Positions 37,085 through 45,904 of a stretch of DNA of 64,000 nucleotides are shown here, piece by piece. The translations under genes and the position numbers were made by a program. The DNA comes from Candidatus Aminicenantales bacterium. Its GTDB lineage: Bacteria > Acidobacteriota > Aminicenantia > Aminicenantales > UBA4085. Where the stretch lies: the NCBI GenBank assembly GCA_049515535.1, contig JBEKTZ010000002.1, forward strand, positions 147,467 to 211,466, written 5' to 3'. The notes beneath the pieces were generated by a model that searched no databases, had not been told where the DNA came from, and saw nothing but the letters and a program-made list of their open reading frames with translations. Within the stretch, counting starts at the first letter, position 1, and each line of letters starts with the position of its first letter.

Positions 37085-38866
37085 ATGGATATTAAAAACA
37101 ATCCTCGAGACGTTCCAGGGGCCTCGGACGAGATTCCTGACGCAAAAACCCTGGAACGCGTCAAGGAGATCTTCCTGCTCTTCGCTCACGCCGTCTCGGC
37201 CATGAAGCTCTTCCCTCCTTATCATTCCACGGTCCTGAAATTCCAGGACGACCTCTTCGAAAAGCTGAAAGCCTTTCTGGACGAAAATTGGGAGCTCGAA
37301 ATCCGGATCGAGGAAAACGCCTTCGCCCATGGAACCGAGATCGTTTACCGCGACGACAACATCGTTAAAAGCCTGCCTTATCTGTTCTTCAAGGACGGAA
37401 TGTACGCGCTGACTTTTATCAGAGACCTGGAGAGGGACGAGCTTCAGGGTTTTTTAGACGCGATCAAGACTGCTTCTCTTCTTCCGGTCGACGTGGGCGA
37501 TATCGTGGAGACGCTGTGGGAACTCGATCTCACCCACATCCGCTATTACGCGCCCGACGATTTTCTGGAAGCCAAGCTGACGAGCGGGCGGACCGGTCTC
37601 GGCGGCCTGAACGCCGTCCATCGTCGCCTGGATTTGAGAATCAATACCGATGAATTATACAAGGGAAGAATCGAGCTGAGCCGGGAAGATCTGGAAGATA
37701 TCTCGAAAAGGCTCCTGGATCTCCGTCAAAAAGAGAACAAAGCGGAAACCGAATTCGCGACCCTGTCGGCCGCCTTGGATATGGGCGACATGAGCTCCAT
37801 CGAAACCATGCTCAAGTCCGATCGGAGAATCTCGACGGAGAAGGACCTACTCGACCTGCTCTTTGAACTCCTCTATCTTGAGGAGAGGATCGCGCCGTTC
37901 AAGATCGTCCTGGGCTTCCTCGAAAAACGCCACAGGGATCTGGTCCAAAAAGCCGATTTCACCCACGCCGTCCTGATCCTGACACATTTGGAAGAACTCG
38001 CGCTCGTTCTTGCCGACAAATCTCCGGACCGGGTGGCCGAGATCGCGAAGTGCCTGAGGTCCGTCTATAACCAGGTCCCCCTCGATAATCTTCATGATTT
38101 GGCCGGCCGCGGACGGATCGGGGACGTTCCCTCCTTTCTCGAATATCTCCGCCGGCTCGGGCCGAGGGCGCTGCCGGTCGGCGTCGAGCTCCTTCATGTC
38201 GATCAAGATCCCGACGTCCGGTCCGCAGCCTTCAATTTCCTCGCCGAAGTGGGGAAAGAAAATCTCAATGTCCTGGCCGGAATGGCCCAAGAGCACAATC
38301 CGTACATCACCAAGGCCATTATCGCCATTTTCGACTCCCTGAACGACAAAAGGACGATCCCGTTTCTCGCCGCGTTCATGAACTATAAAAGCAAGAACAT
38401 CAAGGCCGAGGCCATACGCGTCCTCGCCCGCTTTTCCGATCTTCTGGCCCACAAGATCCTTCTCGGCTTTCTTCGCGACCAGGATGAAGACATCCGCGTC
38501 GCGGCCGCCAAGAAGATCCGTTTGGACCTGCATCCCGATTTGGTGAAAGCCGTCATGTCTTCGGTGGCGGCCAAGGAATTCAGTGAAAAATCGCTCCGGG
38601 AGAAAGAGGCCGTCCTGAAGGCGTTAGGGCGCAGCCGGTCGGACGAAGCGGGCGTTTTGCTCCGCTCGCTCCTCGAAAAAACGAGCTTCCTGGACAGAGC
38701 CAAATCGACGGAGACGCACCTCTGTGTCGTCAATGCTCTGGAGGCCATGGCCACGCCCATGGCCGTGGAAACCCTGCGTTCGTGCGAAAAAAGCGCCGGC
38801 AAGAAGATCAAAGAAGCCTGTCGGCTGGCCCTCGACCGACTGAAAGCCGGTCCGGCGGGGAGCTGA
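37085..38866 (+). CDS. HEAT-repeat protein
   Basis: C-terminal HEAT repeats (DPDVRSAA, IKAEAIRVL, DEDIRVAAA). N-terminal domain resembles that of the adjacent HD-GYP protein. Confidence 0.85.
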   Translation: MDIKNNPRDVPGASDEIPDAKTLERVKEIFLLFAHAVSAMKLFPPYHSTVLKFQDDLFEKLKAFLDENWELEIRIEENAFAHGTEIVYRDDNIVKSLPYLFFKDGMYALTFIRDLERDELQGFLDAIKTASLLPVDVGDIVETLWELDLTHIRYYAPDDFLEAKLTSGRTGLGGLNAVHRRLDLRINTDELYKGRIELSREDLEDISKRLLDLRQKENKAETEFATLSAALDMGDMSSIETMLKSDRRISTEKDLLDLLFELLYLEERIAPFKIVLGFLEKRHRDLVQKADFTHAVLILTHLEELALVLADKSPDRVAEIAKCLRSVYNQVPLDNLHDLAGRGRIGDVPSFLEYLRRLGPRALPVGVELLHVDQDPDVRSAAFNFLAEVGKENLNVLAGMAQEHNPYITKAIIAIFDSLNDKRTIPFLAAFMNYKSKNIKAEAIRVLARFSDLLAHKILLGFLRDQDEDIRVAAAKKIRLDLHPDLVKAVMSSVAAKEFSEKSLREKEAVLKALGRSRSDEAGVLLRSLLEKTSFLDRAKSTETHLCVVNALEAMATPMAVETLRSCEKSAGKKIKEACRLALDRLKAGPAGS

Positions 38867-38874
38867 AGAACGAC

Positions 38875-40287
38875 ATGCAACCGGCCAAAACAACGGAGAC
38901 GCGCCCCAGGGAAGCCGCGGATATCCTTGTCCGTTTGCAGGCCCTCTTCAAGCTGGCCAAGTTCTATGAACTCAACAACAGCATCTTTCTTGAGCAGATC
39001 AACTTGTTCTTCAGCCTCCTCCATCTCGTATTGGAAAGGGATAAAATCGTCCAAATCGACATCAGTCAAAACTCGATCTTTTTCAATCGTACCCGGGTGA
39101 AGTTCGATTTCGGCACTTATCACGTCTACAAATTCCTGGTCGCGGAGTTCCAAGAAAGGGAATTCGGGATGCTGGCCTTGTCGCCCGGTCTAACCCTGGA
39201 AGAGCTGGGCCGGTTCATCGCCTTTCTGGTCAAGACGGAAGTCCCCCGGGAGGATCCCTTCGAACGCATCATGAAAGAATTCAAGGCGGCCTCCTTCCCC
39301 CACATCGAAATCGGGATGGAACGCGTGGAAAACAAAGAACGGGCCGCCGCCAAAATGTACTTGCTGGGCATTTCCCATCTCAAGGAGATCTTCGACAGAA
39401 ACCGGGAAATGCTGAACTTCAACTTGACCAAACGCTGGATCCAATCCATGTTCAATCACATCGCGGCGAACGAATCGTTCGTCCAGGGTCTGGCCAACAC
39501 GAAGAACTTCGACGAGTACACGTTGAACCATTCGGTCAACGTCTGCGTTTTTTCCCTGGCCTTGGGCCGGCGGATGGGGCTTTCCCGCCAGGAATTGACG
39601 GAGCTCGGCATCGGCGCCTTTCTCCATGATATCGGAAAACTCGATATTCCCAAGGAGATCCTCGACAAGCCGGCTAAACTCGATGCCGGGGAACGTTCCA
39701 TCATCGAAAAGCATTCGTACCTCGGGGCGGAAAGGCTCGTGGAGCTGGCCAGGGCCCCCGGCATCCCGTTCCGGGCCATCCAGGTCGCCCTCGAACATCA
39801 CTCCAGGGTCGATATGAGCGGCTATCCAAAGTACGTCCGGATCAAGGAGATCAGCCTCTTCAGCAAGATCGTGCAGATCGTCGATACCTTCGACGCCATG
39901 ACGTCGAGACGCGTCTTCCGCAAGAAAGTCTTCACCAAGGAAGAAGCGCTGGGTTTCATGGTTGAAAAAAGCGGCATCGAATTCGATCCCATCGTCCTCA
40001 AAGCGTTCATAAGCATGGTCGGCATTTATCCGGTCGGTTCTCTCGTCTTCCTGAGTTCCGGGGAGATCGGCATCGTTTTCGCCAACAATCCCCATGCCTC
40101 TCTCGCCCAGCGGCCTAAGGTCAAGCTGATCGCCGACCCCGAGGGCCAAAAAATGGACGGGCCCCTCGTCGATCTGACGGACGTGGATCCAAGCACGAGA
40201 AAATTCCAGAGGACGATCGTCAAGTCGTTGGACCCGGATAAATATGGAATCCAGGTCTCCGACTATTTTCTGGTTCGCGCCCTCTGA
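38875..40287 (+). CDS. HD-GYP domain phosphohydrolase
   Basis: HSVNV, LHDIGK, EHHSRVDMSGYP and IVDTFDAMTS motifs. Confidence 0.9.
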   Translation: MQPAKTTETRPREAADILVRLQALFKLAKFYELNNSIFLEQINLFFSLLHLVLERDKIVQIDISQNSIFFNRTRVKFDFGTYHVYKFLVAEFQEREFGMLALSPGLTLEELGRFIAFLVKTEVPREDPFERIMKEFKAASFPHIEIGMERVENKERAAAKMYLLGISHLKEIFDRNREMLNFNLTKRWIQSMFNHIAANESFVQGLANTKNFDEYTLNHSVNVCVFSLALGRRMGLSRQELTELGIGAFLHDIGKLDIPKEILDKPAKLDAGERSIIEKHSYLGAERLVELARAPGIPFRAIQVALEHHSRVDMSGYPKYVRIKEISLFSKIVQIVDTFDAMTSRRVFRKKVFTKEEALGFMVEKSGIEFDPIVLKAFISMVGIYPVGSLVFLSSGEIGIVFANNPHASLAQRPKVKLIADPEGQKMDGPLVDLTDVDPSTRKFQRTIVKSLDPDKYGIQVSDYFLVRAL

Positions 40288-40308
40288 GATCGATCTGGAG
40301 ATTTCGCC

Positions 40309-42984
40309 ATGATGATTCCGCCTCCTTTCGGCCTGGCCTGCGAAGCTTTACGAAATCCCGTCGGCATCGATGCGCGCCGCCCACGCTTGTCCTGGAAGCT
40401 CGAACACCGGGAGCGGGGCCAGACGCAGACGGCGGTCCGGATCATCGTCGGATCGAGCCCGGATTCCATGAAAAGCGGAGCCGATGTGATCTGGGACAGC
40501 GGCAAACGGCCGTCCGACGGATCGACCCACGTTCGCTACGCGGGACAGGCTCTGGAAAGCCGGAAGCGCTATTTCTGGAAGATCCGCTGGTGGGACAAAA
40601 AAGACAGGGCCGGCGATTTCAGCGAAGCCGCATTTTTCGAGATGGGCCTTCTCGATGACTCGGATTGGCGGGCGGACTGGATCAGCGCCGGGAATCCGCG
40701 CTTTTTCCGGACGCGGGGAACGGTCCTTTCGGGAAAATACCGGGGGGATTATATCCAGACCGAGGCGATGTATTTCGTCAAGGAATTCGAAGCTCAACCG
40801 GGCGTAATAAAAGCCCGAACCTATATCTGCGGCCTCGGCTTCTTTGAACTCGTCGTCAACGGCCGGAAAGTCGGCGACCATGTCCTCGATCCCGGCCAGA
40901 CCGATTATAAAAAAACCGCGCTTTATGTCACGCACGACATCACGGAACGCCTCGAGCGGCGGAATTCGGTCATCATCGTTCTGGGAAACGGCCGGCATAT
41001 CAAGAACTTCGGCTATGGACCGCCCAAGGCGATTTGCCAGATCGAGATCGAATATGAAAACGGCCGCCGGCAGGTCGTCGTCACGGACGAAACATGGCCG
41101 TCCGGCAGGGGTCCGATCCGGGAAAACGGGATCTATTTCGGCCAGATCCTTGACGCCCGACGAGAAAATTTCGAAAGGAACGGGAAGGCCGTTCGCGTTT
41201 CGGGCCCGCCTCTTTGCGCCCAAATGTGTCCGCCGATCCGAGTCGTCCAAAGGCTGCCCCCCCGAAGGATTTTCCGCCCTTCGTCCGGCGTTTTTATCTG
41301 CGATTTCGGCCAGAATTTCGCCGGATGGGTCAGGCTCCGGGCCAAGGGTCGGACCGGGACGAAAATCATTCTCAGGCACGCCGAGCTCTTGAACGGCGAT
41401 GGGACGCTGAACGCGTCGCCCAATCAGGGCGCTCGGGCCGAGGATATCTTCATTCTCAAAGGACGCGGCGTCGAAGCCCACGAGCCAAGATTCACTTACC
41501 ACGGTTTCCGCTACGTCGAGCTTTCAGGTTATCCGGGGACTCCCCGGCTGGAGGATATCGAAGGCTGCGTCGCGCATAGCGATGTCGAGCCGGACGGCGA
41601 ATTCCGATGCTCCCATCCCCTTTTCAACCGCATCCACCGCAATATCGTCTGGGGTCAGCGCTCGAACCTGATGAGCCTGCCCACGGATTGCCCGCAGAGG
41701 GACGAGCGGCACGGCTGGCTCGGCGATGCTCACCTCGCCGCCGAGGAAGCGATTTTCAATTTCGATATGGAATCTTTCTACGCGAAATTCCTGCGGGACA
41801 TCAGGAACGCCCAGGACAGACGAGGAAGAATTCCGGATTTCGTGCCGCCGTATGTCTCCGGTTTCAGCCCGGCCGATCCGGCCTGGGGCTCGGCCTACAT
41901 CACCCTGGCCTGGCTCCTTTACTGGCATTATGGAAATACGGATGTGCTGGCCGAGCATTTCGAGGGATTGAAAAAATATGTCGATTTTCTGGCCGAAAAC
42001 GCGGAAGGAGGCATCCTGAAAAACCTCGGCAAGTACGGCGATTGGTGCCCGCCGGGGAGCATCGTTCCGAAAAAAACGCCGCTCGAACTGACCTCGACCT
42101 GGTATTACTATCACGACACCCTGCTCCTGGCGAAGATCGCGGAGGTCTTGAACAGAACGGAGGACGCGAAAAAATACGCGAAATCAACGCTTCGCATCAA
42201 GGACGCGTTCAACAAGAAATTCCTCGAAGGCGATCAGTATGCCTCGATCCGCACCAGTCCCGTGGACAAGTACGTCTCTCAGACGTCCAACGTCCTTCCG
42301 CTCTATCTCCGGATGACCCCGGCCGGGAAAAAGGCGGCGGTCTTGCGAAGCCTTCTTCGCAGCATCATCGACGATTGGGATTATCACCTCGATACTGGGA
42401 TTCTCGGGACGCGTTATCTCTTGGAGGTGCTGAGCGACAACGGACGCGCCGACGTCGCCTATCGCATCGCGAGTCAAACCACTTACCCCGGCTGGGGATA
42501 TATGATCAAGGAAGGAGCGACCACGCTCTGGGAACGTTGGGAGAAAAACACGGGCGGCGGCATGAATTCGCATAACCACATCATGCTGGGGAGCATCGAT
42601 GCGTGGTTCTACAAGACCATCGCGGGAATCCGCTGCCTGGCCCCCGGCTGGAAGTCCATCCTGATCGCTCCTCCCGGATTGCCGGCCTTGGGTTCCGCGG
42701 AATGTTCTCTGCGAACGGTCCGCGGGCGGGCGGCCGTCCATTGGATAAGGCGGGACAACGATTACGTCCTTGACATCCGCATCCCCGTGGGCGCGGAAGC
42801 GGAAGTGCGCCTGCCTCTGCTCTGGAAGAAATCCCGGCTGACAGAGGGCGGAACCGTTCTTTGGCGGAACGGAAAATGTCATCAAAGGCCGGCCGAGATC
42901 AAATTCTCGAAGGCCAAATCCGATCGCCTTATTTTAAAAATTTTGAGCGGGACATATCGCTTCCGATTGGAAGAAAGCGATTAA
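40309..42984 (+). CDS. Alpha-L-rhamnosidase, GH78
   Basis: DFGQNFAGW, FTYHGFRY, PTDCPQRDERHGWLGD, YGDWC, GATTLWERW and SHNH motifs. Confidence 0.93.
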   Translation: MMIPPPFGLACEALRNPVGIDARRPRLSWKLEHRERGQTQTAVRIIVGSSPDSMKSGADVIWDSGKRPSDGSTHVRYAGQALESRKRYFWKIRWWDKKDRAGDFSEAAFFEMGLLDDSDWRADWISAGNPRFFRTRGTVLSGKYRGDYIQTEAMYFVKEFEAQPGVIKARTYICGLGFFELVVNGRKVGDHVLDPGQTDYKKTALYVTHDITERLERRNSVIIVLGNGRHIKNFGYGPPKAICQIEIEYENGRRQVVVTDETWPSGRGPIRENGIYFGQILDARRENFERNGKAVRVSGPPLCAQMCPPIRVVQRLPPRRIFRPSSGVFICDFGQNFAGWVRLRAKGRTGTKIILRHAELLNGDGTLNASPNQGARAEDIFILKGRGVEAHEPRFTYHGFRYVELSGYPGTPRLEDIEGCVAHSDVEPDGEFRCSHPLFNRIHRNIVWGQRSNLMSLPTDCPQRDERHGWLGDAHLAAEEAIFNFDMESFYAKFLRDIRNAQDRRGRIPDFVPPYVSGFSPADPAWGSAYITLAWLLYWHYGNTDVLAEHFEGLKKYVDFLAENAEGGILKNLGKYGDWCPPGSIVPKKTPLELTSTWYYYHDTLLLAKIAEVLNRTEDAKKYAKSTLRIKDAFNKKFLEGDQYASIRTSPVDKYVSQTSNVLPLYLRMTPAGKKAAVLRSLLRSIIDDWDYHLDTGILGTRYLLEVLSDNGRADVAYRIASQTTYPGWGYMIKEGATTLWERWEKNTGGGMNSHNHIMLGSIDAWFYKTIAGIRCLAPGWKSILIAPPGLPALGSAECSLRTVRGRAAVHWIRRDNDYVLDIRIPVGAEAEVRLPLLWKKSRLTEGGTVLWRNGKCHQRPAEIKFSKAKSDRLILKILSGTYRFRLEESD

Positions 42985-44381
42985 TACAGATACTTCTTGA
43001 ATAATTTCGCCGTCTCGGCATAGGCCTCTACCGTTTTCGTGATGTGCGTATCCTCGTGCGCCAGCGAAATGGCCCCGCCTCCGTGAACGACATGCACGTT
43101 CTCCGTCAAAAGGGCGATCTTCAGGATCTCTTCCTTGAGCCGGACATCCGAAAACCTGGGATTCCAAAGATCCTCGGCGCTCGAATAGGTGGTTTTCTTG
43201 AGGGGAAAATTGACCATGTAGAGCGAGCCGCCTCGGATGACCTCGTTGCCGTAGCCCGTGCAGCGAGCTTCAATGCCTTCGCAAAGGAAAACGTCCTCGA
43301 CGCTTTTCCGCAAAAGATCTCCGGATGCGACGAGCCGCGGATAGATCATGGCGGCGTGCTCAACCAGGTGCTTCAGCATGACGTATCCCGCCCGCATATA
43401 TTGAGGATGCGAGGAAAATGTACCGCCTTCGAATTGGACCCGAAGATATCCCGAAGCCTTGGACGGTTTCACGTCGAGGATCTCCGTTCGTCCGGCCACG
43501 GCGGAGACGGCGTGCCCGCCGCCGATGACCTTTCCGAACGTCGACAAATCGGGCTCGACTCCGTAGAGCTTTTGGACGCCGGAGGGACAGAACCGGAATC
43601 CCGAGACGATCTCATCGAAGATCAAGACGATGCCGTAGCGTTCGGTCAGACGCCGGGCCAGCTCGATGTATTCCTTGGATGCCGCCAAAAAACCGCCCAC
43701 CCCTAGAAACGGCTCCAGGATGAAACAGCCGATCTTATCCCTTTTTTTTTGGAGAATCCGTTCGAGGTCGTCCGGGTCGTCGAATCGGGTGATAAAAATG
43801 TCCCGGAGGATTTCCCGGGGCACGCCGGCCGATTCCGGGTGATTAAAACCGCGCTTTTCGTGAAATTTCACGCCTTTGAGAAGATAGGGCGAAGCGCCGT
43901 GCCATCCGCCCCCGATCTTCAAAATCCCCTGCCGACCGGTGGTGGCCTGGGCGAGCATGACCGCATACATCGTGGCCAGCGTCCCCGAAGTCGTAAAACG
44001 GACTTTGTAATCTTTGTGCCCGATCTGTTTGAGCAGCAGTTCGGCAAGCAGGACTTGGCTCTCCCCTTCGAAACCCGTATGCAGGGAGCCGGCCTCGGGA
44101 TCGAAACGCTCGAATTCCTTTTTCAGAACGGCCGGATTATGACCGAGGATATTGGCATAATGGCCCTGCCAGTAATCGATAAAGGCATTGCCGTCGACAT
44201 CATAAACATAAGGTCCTTTGGCCCTGGCCATGAAAAACGGATAAGGCGTCCAGAGACGGATGGAATGACTCCCTCCTCTGACCATGACGGCCTGAGCCCG
44301 TTCATGCAGCTTCCGGCTTTTTTTTGTCTTTTTTTTATAGCGTGTTTCGAGGACGTCAAGGAGTTTATTGATTTTTTTCAT
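42981..44381 (-). CDS. Class III PLP aminotransferase (glutamate-1-semialdehyde aminomutase-like)
   Basis: YDVDGNAFIDY, FTTSGT, GWHG, FDEIVSGFR, FGKVIGGG and GTFS motifs. Confidence 0.85.
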   Translation of the reverse strand: MKKINKLLDVLETRYKKKTKKSRKLHERAQAVMVRGGSHSIRLWTPYPFFMARAKGPYVYDVDGNAFIDYWQGHYANILGHNPAVLKKEFERFDPEAGSLHTGFEGESQVLLAELLLKQIGHKDYKVRFTTSGTLATMYAVMLAQATTGRQGILKIGGGWHGASPYLLKGVKFHEKRGFNHPESAGVPREILRDIFITRFDDPDDLERILQKKRDKIGCFILEPFLGVGGFLAASKEYIELARRLTERYGIVLIFDEIVSGFRFCPSGVQKLYGVEPDLSTFGKVIGGGHAVSAVAGRTEILDVKPSKASGYLRVQFEGGTFSSHPQYMRAGYVMLKHLVEHAAMIYPRLVASGDLLRKSVEDVFLCEGIEARCTGYGNEVIRGGSLYMVNFPLKKTTYSSAEDLWNPRFSDVRLKEEILKIALLTENVHVVHGGGAISLAHEDTHITKTVEAYAETAKLFKKYLY

Positions 44382-44562
44382 GAGATCTCGTTTTTAATAA
44401 AGAACCACTTTACTAACCTGATATTCTCTTGTCAAACGCCGAAGGAAATTCCTTGCCGGGATGACCGGCATGCCTTCCCCGCCTGTTCCGGACTCTTGAC
44501 CATAGTCCAGTTTCAAAGAAAAAGGGTGCACGAAACTGAACTACGGTCAGTCCGGACCCTAA

Positions 44563-44590
44563 TTGACTTCACCCGGTTTGGTGCTATAAT
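44563..44590 (+). promoter_or_regulatory. Sigma70 promoter of the phosphodiesterase operon
   Basis: TTGACT-N16-TATAAT with an extended TG; only 10 nt separate the -10 from ATG 44601. Confidence 0.7.
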
Positions 44591-44600
44591 AGGCCAGTTT

Positions 44601-45896
44601 ATGTCTATCCTCAAGAAAAAAAAGCAAAACCGCGTCTGCGTTATCGGTCTGGACGGCGTGCCCCACGGCCTTCTCCTCGACCTGGCCAAGAAGGGTGTGA
44701 TGTCCTCTCTCGGCAGGATCATCGATTCCGGCCGTCTTCACAAGATGAAAGCCAGCCTTCCGGAAATCTCGGCCGTCAGTTGGACGGACTTCATGACCGG
44801 GACCAATTCCGGCACCCACGGCATTTTCGGCTTCACGGACCTGAAGCACGGCGCTTATGAGCTCCGCTTCCCCAATTTCCTGGACGTCAAAGTTCCGACG
44901 TTCTGGGATGTCCTGGGCGAGAGAGGCTTGAAAAGCATCATCATCAACCAGCCCTCGACATATCCGGCCCGCAAGATCAACGGCGTTCTTCTCTCGGGTT
45001 TTATCGCCGTGGAACTGGCCAAAGCCGTCTACCCCCCATCCTACAAGACCGAGCTGGAGCAGATCGGATATCAGATCGATATCGACACGCTCAAGTGCAG
45101 GGAAAACCCGAGCCTGCTCTGGCAGGAATTGATCAAGACGCTCATGGGCCGTCAAAGAGCCTTGAATTTTTTCTGGGAAGAGGAGTGGGAATATTTCGAA
45201 TTCGTCATCACCGGCACGGACCGGCTACATCATTTTCTCTGGAATGCTTATGAGAATCCCGATCATCCCCACCATCAGAATTTCCTCGAATACTACCGGC
45301 AGATCGACCGGCTGATCAATAAAATCTACGGTGCGTTCCGGAAGACCGCCGGCGATGAAGAAAATATCTTTTTTCTGTCCGATCACGGATTCACCGGCAT
45401 CAAACAGGAAGTCTATCTCAATGCCTGGCTCGAAAAAGAGAAATTTTTGAGATATTTCAATTCGATCCCCAAAGGGCTGGAGGACCTGTCCCCAAAGACC
45501 GTCGCCTTTGCTCTCGATCCCAATCGCATTTATCTGAACTACAAAGAAAAGTATCCCCAAGGCTCGGTCAAACACGGCGAGGCCAAGGCCATCAAGGAAG
45601 AAATCACCAGAAAGCTGGAAAAACTGGAATTCCAAGGAAAAAAAGTCGTCCGGAAGGTCTTCAACGCCAAGGATGTCTATAGTGGACCGCTCGTTTCGAA
45701 AGGCCCTGACCTGATCGTGCTCGGCGAACCGGGATTCGATATGAAAGGCTCGGTCAAGAAAAAAGAGATCTTCGGCCGCACACCCGGCCTTCACGGCATG
45801 CACACCTGGGACGACGCTTTCTTCCTGGCAAAAAACGACTTCGGAGACAAACTCGCGATTTCGGATATTTCGCGCATCATCATGGACCGCTACTGA
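44601..45896 (+). CDS. Alkaline-phosphatase-superfamily NPP-type phosphodiesterase 1 (no signal peptide)
   Basis: IGLDG, PEISAVSW, TDRLHH, SDHGF and GMH metal/nucleophile motifs. Confidence 0.88.
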   Translation: MSILKKKKQNRVCVIGLDGVPHGLLLDLAKKGVMSSLGRIIDSGRLHKMKASLPEISAVSWTDFMTGTNSGTHGIFGFTDLKHGAYELRFPNFLDVKVPTFWDVLGERGLKSIIINQPSTYPARKINGVLLSGFIAVELAKAVYPPSYKTELEQIGYQIDIDTLKCRENPSLLWQELIKTLMGRQRALNFFWEEEWEYFEFVITGTDRLHHFLWNAYENPDHPHHQNFLEYYRQIDRLINKIYGAFRKTAGDEENIFFLSDHGFTGIKQEVYLNAWLEKEKFLRYFNSIPKGLEDLSPKTVAFALDPNRIYLNYKEKYPQGSVKHGEAKAIKEEITRKLEKLEFQGKKVVRKVFNAKDVYSGPLVSKGPDLIVLGEPGFDMKGSVKKKEIFGRTPGLHGMHTWDDAFFLAKNDFGDKLAISDISRIIMDRY

Positions 45897-45904
45897 GGGC
45901 AGGC

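Noticed and set aside
42981-44381. Calling this gene hemL
   Set aside because: The class III fold is clear, but I do not see the HemL-specific signatures and there are no heme genes nearby.
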